This document shows, piece by piece, positions 1-7,686 of a stretch of DNA of 32,675 bases. Every line of letters begins with the position of its first letter. Positions within the stretch are counted from its first letter, which is position 1. Source of the stretch: Candidatus Lindowiibacteriota bacterium. GTDB lineage: Bacteria > Lindowbacteria > 2-12-FULL-62-27. Made by a program: the position numbers and the translations under genes. The notes beneath the pieces are model-generated. The model was not told where the DNA came from. It worked only from the letters and a program-made list of their open reading frames with translations, and did no database searches. The stretch lies in assembly GCA_023249255.1 (NCBI GenBank), contig JAHFCY010000006.1, positions 1-32,675 of the forward strand, in the 5' to 3' direction.

Positions 1-147
1 GAACCGGATCTGCTTGACGAACTCGTATGTCTTGCGGCCGTAGAGAAACTGCCGGTTCTTCTCGTCGTCGTACTCCTGGCTGTTGACCTCGGAATACGTC
101 GAGACCGTCTCGTGGCTGACGATCGAGTTGGAAACATCTTTGTCCAT
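1..147 (-). CDS. Partial CDS (5' end) running off the left edge; hypothetical protein
   Basis: Not in the ORF track. Manual translation from ATG (CAT at 145-147): MDKDVSNSIVSHETVSTYSEVNSQEYDDEKNRQFLYGRKTYEFVKQIRF, open to base 1 with GC3-rich codons; in-frame TGA six codons upstream fixes the start. Confidence 0.65.
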   Translation of the reverse strand, partial: MDKDVSNSIVSHETVSTYSEVNSQEYDDEKNRQFLYGRKTYEFVKQIRF

Positions 148-348
148 TGGGTGGATCTTGTATCAAGAAAATTCCCAAATTTCCACATTACACGCCCATT
201 TACTGAATAAGGCCAAGAGAAAACATCGTTTCACTCTCTGGAGACCCGATAGAATCGGGTTACCGTAAAAAGCAGAAAACTTCACCCAATGGATGAAAGA
301 GAAAACGCGGGTCAAACTCGAACGGTCGACCCACAGCACAGGCTTCGT

Positions 349-378
349 TTGACAGTCCGGCGACGGGCAAAGTAATGT
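349..378 (+). promoter_or_regulatory. Putative sigma70 promoter for the DegT-FAAL operon
   Basis: TTGACA (349-354), 18 nt, TAATGT (373-378), then 6 nt to GTG at 385; no clear Shine-Dalgarno. Confidence 0.4.
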
Positions 379-384
379 CATGGT

Positions 385-1542
385 GTGGCATTGGAAAAAC
401 GAACCGATCATCTGTATTTTCATCGGCCTTGGATCGGGCCGGAGGAAAAACAGGAAATTTTAGACTGTCTGGACTCGGGCTGGCTCACAACAGGGCCGAG
501 GACCAAGGAGTTTGAGAAACGGTTTGCCGAAAGGATCGGCGTCAAGCACGCGATCGCTCTCAACTCCTGCACGGCCGGTCTTCATCTGGCGCTCGTCGGG
601 CTGAACGTCGGGCCGGGTGATGAGATTGTCACGACACCGCTCACGTTCGTGGCGACGGTCAACGTCATTGAACACGTCGGCGCCAGGCCCGTCTTCATCG
701 ACGTCGACCCGCGGACCGGCAACATCGACCCTTCAAAAATTGAACGCGCGATCACGCCGAAAACAAAGGCCATCCTGATCGTGCATTACGTCGGTCACCC
801 ATGCGAGATGGACGCGATCTGCGACATCGCCAGACGCCGGAGCGTGCCGGTCATCGAAGACGCCGCGCACGCGACCGAAAGCGAATACAAAGGCAAACGC
901 TGCGGGACGTTCGGCCATCCGGCGGCTTTCAGTTTTTACGCGACGAAAAACATAACGACTGGCGAAGGCGGCATGCTGGTGACCGACGACGACGCGCTGG
1001 CAACGCGCCTGCGAATCCTCGCCCTGCATGGCATGAACCGCGACGCGTGGAAACGATACTCGGCCGAAGGCTCGCCAACCTGGCAGCTTGAGGAACCCGG
1101 ATTCAAATACAACATGTTCGACCTCCAAGCGGCGCTTGGAATCCATCAACTCGACAAACTCGAGATGTTCTGGCGGCGGCGAAAAGAAATCGTGCATCGG
1201 ATGCGACGGGAGATTTCAGAGATTCCGGGATTGAGGACCGTCGAAGACGCGGGCGACGTCAAAAGCGCGTACCACCTCATGCCGATCTATCTCACGCCGA
1301 AAGCGAAGATGAAGCGGGACGAGGCGAACCGGGCCTACAAGGACTGGAACGTCGGGACCGGCATCCATTTCGAGTGCGTACATCTTCAGCCCTACTACCG
1401 GAAAAAATACGGCTGTAAACCGGGTGACTGTCCCGTCGCCGAGGAGATGGGCGCCAACACCCTTTCCCTGCCGCTCTATCCGAAGATGTCGGACGACGAC
1501 GTTCAGTACGTTCTGGATGTGACGCGCGCCATTTTCCGTTGA
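385..1542 (+). CDS. DegT/DnrJ/EryC1/StrS family PLP-dependent sugar aminotransferase
   Basis: 385 aa; GWLTTGP, NSCTAGLHLAL, EDAAHA, FSFYATKNITTGEGG (PLP lysine), C-terminal LSLPLYP. Confidence 0.95.
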   Translation: MALEKRTDHLYFHRPWIGPEEKQEILDCLDSGWLTTGPRTKEFEKRFAERIGVKHAIALNSCTAGLHLALVGLNVGPGDEIVTTPLTFVATVNVIEHVGARPVFIDVDPRTGNIDPSKIERAITPKTKAILIVHYVGHPCEMDAICDIARRRSVPVIEDAAHATESEYKGKRCGTFGHPAAFSFYATKNITTGEGGMLVTDDDALATRLRILALHGMNRDAWKRYSAEGSPTWQLEEPGFKYNMFDLQAALGIHQLDKLEMFWRRRKEIVHRMRREISEIPGLRTVEDAGDVKSAYHLMPIYLTPKAKMKRDEANRAYKDWNVGTGIHFECVHLQPYYRKKYGCKPGDCPVAEEMGANTLSLPLYPKMSDDDVQYVLDVTRAIFR

Positions 1543-3242
1543 TGACATTCCCGACGCTCAATCACTGGCTGAAAGACATCTGCGAAAAATCGGCCGACCG
1601 CGAATTTTTGATCGCGGTGGACGAACAGGGCACCGACTGTAATTTCACGTACGGGCAGTTTTTCGAAAGTTCCGAGTGCGTCGCGTCGCGGCTGGAGGAG
1701 GCGGGCCTGAAAAAAGGCGATACGGCGATTTTGATTCTGCCGCAGGACGCCGAACTTCTGTTTTCAATCATCGGCTGTGTCCAGCGCGGCATCATTCCGA
1801 CCGTTCTCGCGTTTCCAAATTTTAAATTTGATTCCGAACGCTACAAGATTCAACTGAACCACCTCGTCACGTATCTCGATGCACGATGGATCATGAGTTC
1901 AAAGAAACTGCCGGAACAAATCGACAAGTTGATCCGCGAAATTGTGGCGGCCCGCCCGGGCACGACGTACGCCCGGATCGAGGAAATCGATCTCGGGGGG
2001 AGGCCCTCCGTCAAATTCAACCTCGACGCCAGATCCGAGGACGTGGCGTTTCTCCAGCACTCTTCCGGCACGACCGGCCTCCAAAAGGGCGTCGCCATCA
2101 CGCACCGGTCGGCCATTCAGCAGATCACGCATTACTCCGGGGCGATGCGCATCACGCCGGAGGACGGCGTCGCGTCGTGGCTGCCGCTCTATCACGACAT
2201 GGGACTTCTCGCCTGTTTCTGGCTGCCGCTTCTGGCCCGCATTCCGCTCGTTCAGATGGCGCCGGCTTACTGGGTCGTCCAGCCGCAGGAATTGCTCATT
2301 CGAATGCACCGGCACCGATCCACGCTGGCCTGGCTTCCGAATTTCGCATTCACGTTTCTGGCCCATCGCGTGAACGACGATCTTCTGCCTTCGAATTTCA
2401 GCATGGCGAACATTCGAGCGTTCGTGAATTGTTCCGAACCGGTTCTTGAAAAAAGTTTTACCGACTTTGAGGAGCGATTCAGGAAGTTTGGCGTCCGGCC
2501 CGGCATGCTGCAGGCCTCCTACGCAATGGCCGAAAATACGTTCGCGGTCACCCAGACCCGGATTGCCGAACCCCCCCTGACGGACCACGTGAAACGGGAT
2601 CCGTTTCAGCGCGACAATCAGGCGATTGAGGCGGCCGGCGGCGAGCCGGCGCTGTCGTTCGTCTCCAGCGGCCGCGCGATCGGCGGCACGAACATCCGCA
2701 TCGTCGACGCCGCCGGCGCGGTTCTTCCCGATCGGCTGATCGGCGAAATCGCCGTCAGCGGCGATTCACTCATGGGCGGCTATTACAAGCGCGAGGACTT
2801 TACGAGGGAAGCCGTGCGGGACGGCTGGTATTACACGGGCGATGTCGGTTATCTGGCCGGCGGAGAGTTGTACGTGATCGGGCGCGCCAAAGACCTCATC
2901 ATCATCGGCGGAAAAAACATTTATCCGCAGGACGTCGAAACCATCGTGTCGGAATATCCGGGCGTCCATCCGGGCCGGGTCGTCGCGGTCGGCATATTCA
3001 ACGAGAACATCGGAACCGAAGACCTCTGCGTGGCGGCGGAACTGGAGCAGAAGGATGGGCTGAACGAAGCCGAAATCCGCCGGGGAATCAAGAAATCGAT
3101 CACCGACGCGCTGGACATCGCGGCCCGGCACGTGTTCTTTGTTCCACCACGCTGGATCGTCAAAAGCACGTCGGGCAAAGTCTCCCGAAAACAAAACAGG
3201 GAAAAGACAATCGCCGAATTTCTGTCCAAGGGACGCGGATGA
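1542..3242 (+). CDS. Fatty acyl-AMP ligase (FAAL)-like adenylate-forming enzyme
   Basis: FLQHSSGTTGLQKG P-loop, SWLPLYHDMGL, YAMAENT followed by an insertion before VSSG, YTGDVG, GRAKDLII, KSTSGK; ATG overlaps upstream TGA (TGATG); ACP downstream. Confidence 0.9.
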   Translation: MTFPTLNHWLKDICEKSADREFLIAVDEQGTDCNFTYGQFFESSECVASRLEEAGLKKGDTAILILPQDAELLFSIIGCVQRGIIPTVLAFPNFKFDSERYKIQLNHLVTYLDARWIMSSKKLPEQIDKLIREIVAARPGTTYARIEEIDLGGRPSVKFNLDARSEDVAFLQHSSGTTGLQKGVAITHRSAIQQITHYSGAMRITPEDGVASWLPLYHDMGLLACFWLPLLARIPLVQMAPAYWVVQPQELLIRMHRHRSTLAWLPNFAFTFLAHRVNDDLLPSNFSMANIRAFVNCSEPVLEKSFTDFEERFRKFGVRPGMLQASYAMAENTFAVTQTRIAEPPLTDHVKRDPFQRDNQAIEAAGGEPALSFVSSGRAIGGTNIRIVDAAGAVLPDRLIGEIAVSGDSLMGGYYKREDFTREAVRDGWYYTGDVGYLAGGELYVIGRAKDLIIIGGKNIYPQDVETIVSEYPGVHPGRVVAVGIFNENIGTEDLCVAAELEQKDGLNEAEIRRGIKKSITDALDIAARHVFFVPPRWIVKSTSGKVSRKQNREKTIAEFLSKGRG

Positions 3243-3258
3243 TAAATGCAAACCCTGC

Positions 3259-3351
3259 GCCACACACCGACACACACTTGCACCCACAGACTCCCACGTT
3301 GCTACGACTACTGTCTGTGTCTGTGGGTGTCTGTCTGTGTTGTTCAGTGGC
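3259..3351. repeat. Intergenic imperfect palindrome built of ~10-bp CAC/GTG-rich units (copy 1)
   Basis: cacccacagac (3281-3291) is the exact reverse complement of gtctgtgggtg (3319-3329); outer gccac...gtggc; 10-nt periodicity in both arms. Confidence 0.75.
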
Positions 3352-3413
3352 TTGGTTTTGTCTCATTACACCATGATATGATGCCCGAAATTTGATGTTG
3401 AGGGGAGAAACGG

Positions 3414-3662
3414 ATGAACGCGCAGGATGTGGTGGTTGAATTTTTGCGGAGCGAAATTCTCATCGGGCCGCAGGAGCGGCCGGGGCCCGATGATGCCCTG
3501 ATCAGCGGCGGCATCCTCGATTCGTTCAGCATCATGGCCCTGCTCGACCATCTCGAACATGTCCTCGGCGTGAAAATAGCGCGGAACCAGCTCACCAAAA
3601 AAGATTTTGAGACGCTTCGGAGCATAGAATTATTCTGCGGGACGAAAAAGGCCGGGGGCTGA
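3414..3662 (+). CDS. Acyl carrier protein
   Basis: 82 aa; GILDSFS phosphopantetheine-serine motif; DltC-like C-terminus (KDFETLRSI); RBS GAGGGGAG upstream. Confidence 0.9.
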   Translation: MNAQDVVVEFLRSEILIGPQERPGPDDALISGGILDSFSIMALLDHLEHVLGVKIARNQLTKKDFETLRSIELFCGTKKAGG

Positions 3663-3667
3663 CCGCC

Positions 3668-3952
3668 ATGGAAATGGTCCACACGGTTCCGCTGGCGGCC
3701 AAGATCCGCTACATCACGAATTTTCTGGCACTCGGCGGCGACCAGCATCCTCTGAAAAAGGAATTTCCGTTCGTGAGCGGACCGGTGCGCATCAAGGAAG
3801 GCATTTTCATCGGCGCGGGCAGCATCGTTTTGTCGGGTGTCACCGTCGGGCCGTTTTCATGCGTGATGTCCGGCAGTGTCGTGTCTCGAAACGTGCCTCC
3901 CCATACCCTGATGGGCGGAAATCCCATCCGCGTGATTCGTAAACTCGATTAA
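3668..3952 (+). CDS. Short hexapeptide-repeat (LbH) acyltransferase, possibly N-terminally truncated
   Basis: 94 aa; PVRIKEGIFIGAGSIVLSGVTVGPFSCVMSGSVV hexapeptides and GGNPIRVIR terminus typical of the MAT/GAT-like family. Confidence 0.75.
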   Translation: MEMVHTVPLAAKIRYITNFLALGGDQHPLKKEFPFVSGPVRIKEGIFIGAGSIVLSGVTVGPFSCVMSGSVVSRNVPPHTLMGGNPIRVIRKLD

Positions 3953-3966
3953 CTTCACATCAGTCA

Positions 3967-5175
3967 ATGAAAAAAATCCTGAAAATCGCGTTGATCGGGA
4001 TCGGATGCATCGTTCTGTGGATCGGTCTTGTCGAAGCGCTGATTCGTATTTTCTTCCCACAGCCCGCGATTTTCCATCAGCTCGACCCGATCCTCGGCTA
4101 CGTCGGCATTCCCGGCAAATCCGGCTGGTACATCAATCCCTCTGATGATGAATTTCGCGTTTACCTGCAAATGAACAAATATGGATTCCGGGACGTCGAT
4201 CATGAAATGGAAAAACCGGCCAACACGTACCGAATTCTCTTTTTTGGCGATTCGTTCACGGAGGCCAAGGAAGTTGATCTCGAAAAAACGTACTGGCGGC
4301 TCCTGCAGGCCGGGATGCCGGCCCTGCCAGACGGGCGGCACGTCGAAGTGTTGAACATGGCCATCAGCGGATACAGCAACGCCCAGGAACTATTGATGCT
4401 CCAGACGCGGGGGCTGGCTTTCAAGCCGGATCTGGTCGTCGTCGCGATGACCGAGTTTTCCGACGTCTGGAACAACAGCCAGTATCTCGACTGCCTGAGC
4501 GACGGACGCGACCCCGCCAATCCCATCAAACCCTATTTCCACATCGACGGAGACACCTTGCGGCTCGGATCGTTCAAACTCAACCGGATGGACGAATCGG
4601 GCTTTCGGCTGTTCCGCCGGAATTTTCAGACGTACATGTATATTCGAAACCTCGCGGTGGCCAATCCCACACTCATGCGCCTCGCCTGGAGACTCCGCCT
4701 CGTCGCCACGCCGCCGACGCCGCCGAAACTTGCGCGGGCCTATCCCATGTATTTCGATTCCTGGCGGGCGGATCAGGACCAGGACACGAAGTGGATTGAA
4801 GCATATGAGATCACGAAACGGCTCATGTTGGAATTTCGAAAAACATGCGACGCCAACGCAACGAAACTCCTGGTCATGATCATCTCCAGCCCGGACCAGA
4901 TTTATCCGTGGTATCGCGAGAATTCCGAGAACCGCTTTCCAGCCATGCGCCAGACCACCTTCGAGTGGACGCGACCGGGCCGGATCATGAACGAATTCCT
5001 GACAGCGGAAGGGATTCCGACGTTATATTTTTATCCACTGCTCATGGAAGAAGCCAAACGGCGGCCCAACGACTGTCTCTTTTTCATTCGCGACCTTCAT
5101 TTCAACCCGGATGGACACCGGTTCGTTGCAGAGCACCTCCGCTCGAAAATCACCGAGATGGCGGGAGGCGGATAG
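3967..5175 (+). CDS. Membrane-anchored SGNH/GDSL hydrolase-family protein (AlgJ/SxtL-like)
   Basis: 402 aa; N-terminal TM helix, FGDSF block I, NMAISGY block II, DLHFNPDGH block V. Confidence 0.85.
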   Translation: MKKILKIALIGIGCIVLWIGLVEALIRIFFPQPAIFHQLDPILGYVGIPGKSGWYINPSDDEFRVYLQMNKYGFRDVDHEMEKPANTYRILFFGDSFTEAKEVDLEKTYWRLLQAGMPALPDGRHVEVLNMAISGYSNAQELLMLQTRGLAFKPDLVVVAMTEFSDVWNNSQYLDCLSDGRDPANPIKPYFHIDGDTLRLGSFKLNRMDESGFRLFRRNFQTYMYIRNLAVANPTLMRLAWRLRLVATPPTPPKLARAYPMYFDSWRADQDQDTKWIEAYEITKRLMLEFRKTCDANATKLLVMIISSPDQIYPWYRENSENRFPAMRQTTFEWTRPGRIMNEFLTAEGIPTLYFYPLLMEEAKRRPNDCLFFIRDLHFNPDGHRFVAEHLRSKITEMAGGG

Positions 5176-5179
5176 GATC

Positions 5180-5977
5180 TTAATCCAGCCGATGGTGGGA
5201 TTTGAGGATGGCGAGAAGATCGGCGTGGGCGGCGGGGTGGGCGGCGGCGACGCCGGGGGATTTGGGGATCGGGCGGTTGAAGAGAAGTTCCGTGCCCCGG
5301 ATGTCCGTCACGGTATAGCCGGCTTCCTGCGCGATCAGGACGCCGGCGCAGATGTCCCACTCTGACCGCGGGGTCACCGTGAACGTGAGGTCGCCGTCAC
5401 CCGACGCCAGACACGCCAACTTGTAGGCGACGCTTCCGCGCGCGACGACGTCGTATTTCTCGCCGAACGGTTGAAACCAGCCTTTCTTGCTGTCGGTCCG
5501 GCTGACGAGGGCACGAGGACGGACGGGCGGCGCGGGAGCGGGACACCGCACGATCCGATCACCTTCGCGCACGCCTCCGCCGTGGGACGCGCGCCACATC
5601 CGGCTGGCAGCCGGGTTGAAAATCACGCCGACCACGGGACGGCCCCGGTCCACCAGCGCGATCGAGACGGCGAACTCACCGACCTGCCCGACAAACTCGC
5701 GCGTGCCGTCAAGCGGATCGACAACCCAGACGCGGTCTTTGACAAGGCGGTCGTCCGTATCAGCGGTCTCCTCCGAAAGCCAGCCGGTGTCGGGAAATTC
5801 ACCGAGCAGACGTTCGCGAAGAAGCGTGTCGCATTCGCGGTCCGCCACGGTCACGGGATCGTCTCCGCTCTTGTATTCCACGTCCGTGTTTTTGCGATAG
5901 TAGTTGAGGAGTACCTTGCCGCCGTCCTCGGCCGCCCGGACGGCCGCTGTCAGTTCGCGTTCAAACGGAACTGTCAC
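5180..5977 (-). CDS. cysQ: 3'(2'),5'-bisphosphate nucleotidase CysQ / inositol monophosphatase family
   Basis: PVTVAD, LSEE, DPLDGTREF, WDICAG motifs; start reassigned to GTG at 5977 (GTGA overlap with the carbamoyltransferase stop). Confidence 0.85.
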   Translation of the reverse strand: MTVPFERELTAAVRAAEDGGKVLLNYYRKNTDVEYKSGDDPVTVADRECDTLLRERLLGEFPDTGWLSEETADTDDRLVKDRVWVVDPLDGTREFVGQVGEFAVSIALVDRGRPVVGVIFNPAASRMWRASHGGGVREGDRIVRCPAPAPPVRPRALVSRTDSKKGWFQPFGEKYDVVARGSVAYKLACLASGDGDLTFTVTPRSEWDICAGVLIAQEAGYTVTDIRGTELLFNRPIPKSPGVAAAHPAAHADLLAILKSHHRLD

Positions 5978-7686
5978 GTATTTTTTTCGGCGATAAAATT
6001 TCCGAGCGCGAGGGAGTCGATGCCGGTTCCGAGGTAGCACTTGACGGCGTCATCCGGCGTGCAGACGATCGGCTCGCCCATGATGTTGTAGGACGTGTTG
6101 AGCACGACCGGAACGCCGGTGATCTTTCCGAATTCCTCGATCAATTTGTAATACTTCGGATTCTGGTTCCGGCTGACGGTCTGGAGCCGGCCGGTGCCGT
6201 CGACGTGCGTGATCGCCGGGATGATCTTGCGCTTTTCCGGCAGAACATCGAAGACGAGAAGCATGTACGGCGTTGGATGGCCTTTGGAATGAAAATATTC
6301 GCTCGCGCGTTCCACAAGGCACGACGGCGCAAACGGCCGGTAACTTTCCCGGTGCTTGACGCGAGCGTTCAAAATATCTTTCATCTCCGCCTTGCGCGGG
6401 TCGGCGAGTATCGACCGATTGCCGAGGGCGCGCGGGCCTACCTCCATCCGGCCCTGAAACCATCCGACGATTTTTCCGTCCGCGAGCCACCGCGCCGTGA
6501 TCTGCTCGACGTTGTCCACGCGCTTGTAGTCGACGTGATGTGCCTTGAGCGCCGCCTCGCAGTCGGCATCCGTAAACTCCGGGCCCCAGTAGGCGTGATC
6601 CATGACGAAGGAGCGGGCCGCGCCGAGTTTGACGTGCTGGACGTAGAGCGCGGCGCCGAGCGACGTGCCATCGTCGGCCGACGCCGGCTGGGCGTAAAAT
6701 TTTTCATAGGGGCCGTTGATGAGGATGTGGCCGTTCATCACGCTGTTCAGCGCGACGCCGCCGGCTACGCAAATATTGCGATTGCCGCTCCTTTGGTGCA
6801 TGTCCCGCGCCAGATGCAGGCCGATGCGGTTCGTGGCCCATTGAAGACTCGACGAGAGGTCTTCATGAAATTTCGTAACGGGATCTTTTTTGCCGCGGGG
6901 CGGGCCGAATTCTTTCACGATTTTTTCCCCGTAGAGCCAGGGCTGGCGCATCGTGATCATGTTGAAATACGATTCATCGATCGAAAACGTTCCGTCCGGT
7001 TCGGCCCGGATGATCCGGTCGAAAAATTCCCGGTAGGCATCCTTGCCGTACGACGACAGCCCCATGACTTTGCCCTCGTCGCAGGACAGGAGATACCCCA
7101 GATATTGCGTGAACGCGCCGTAGACGATGCCCATGCTGTGGGGATTGGACATCCGCTGGATCAACTTCAGCCGGTTGCCTTCACCGGAGAGTTTGAGGCA
7201 CGTGTCCCATTCGCCGGACGCGTCGATCGTGAGGATGTCTGCGATGTCGAACTCTGAAACAAAAAACGTGCTGGCCGCATGCGCGAGATGATGCTCAATA
7301 AAATGAAATTTTGTTTTCGGAATGGCAACGCCAAATTCCCGTTCCATGCACTCCCGGACCGTGACCATGTTCCACCACGCGTCGGTGCTGGCCTGTCCGC
7401 CGTGCGTCCGGCCGCCGCCGCCGAAGGCTTTCACCGGGTGCGTGAGCATGTACCAGCCGCGGGACGCAAGGCCGATCCATGGATCCCAGTAATACGCGAT
7501 GTGATCGACCTCCGGGAGTTTGACCCCCGCTTCCTTCAGGCAGTATTCGATCGACATCCGCGGAAACCCGCCGTCGTGTTTTTTCCGGTTCAACCGCTCT
7601 TCCGAAACGAACGCGATGATTTTCCCGTCGCCGATCAAACACGCGGACGAATCATGCAGGTAACAATTGATCCCGAGAATCAGCAT
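5974..7686 (-). CDS. O-carbamoyltransferase, NodU/CmcH/TobZ family
   Basis: 570 aa from ATG 7686 (MLILGIN); HDSSAC, EERLNRKKH, EHHLAHAAS, EGKVMGL, GGVALN, GPRALGNRS, HVDGTGRLQTV, LNTSYN. Confidence 0.95.
   Translation of the reverse strand: MLILGINCYLHDSSACLIGDGKIIAFVSEERLNRKKHDGGFPRMSIEYCLKEAGVKLPEVDHIAYYWDPWIGLASRGWYMLTHPVKAFGGGGRTHGGQASTDAWWNMVTVRECMEREFGVAIPKTKFHFIEHHLAHAASTFFVSEFDIADILTIDASGEWDTCLKLSGEGNRLKLIQRMSNPHSMGIVYGAFTQYLGYLLSCDEGKVMGLSSYGKDAYREFFDRIIRAEPDGTFSIDESYFNMITMRQPWLYGEKIVKEFGPPRGKKDPVTKFHEDLSSSLQWATNRIGLHLARDMHQRSGNRNICVAGGVALNSVMNGHILINGPYEKFYAQPASADDGTSLGAALYVQHVKLGAARSFVMDHAYWGPEFTDADCEAALKAHHVDYKRVDNVEQITARWLADGKIVGWFQGRMEVGPRALGNRSILADPRKAEMKDILNARVKHRESYRPFAPSCLVERASEYFHSKGHPTPYMLLVFDVLPEKRKIIPAITHVDGTGRLQTVSRNQNPKYYKLIEEFGKITGVPVVLNTSYNIMGEPIVCTPDDAVKCYLGTGIDSLALGNFIAEKNT

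Noticed and set aside
3139-3381. 80-aa ORF and CRISPR-like appearance of the CAC/GTG repeats
   Set aside because: The ORF merely translates the palindrome; repeats are ~10-bp degenerate units without unique spacers, and no cas genes are present.
6205-7257. 350-aa plus-strand ORF
   Set aside because: Antisense to the well-supported carbamoyltransferase; no recognisable domain.
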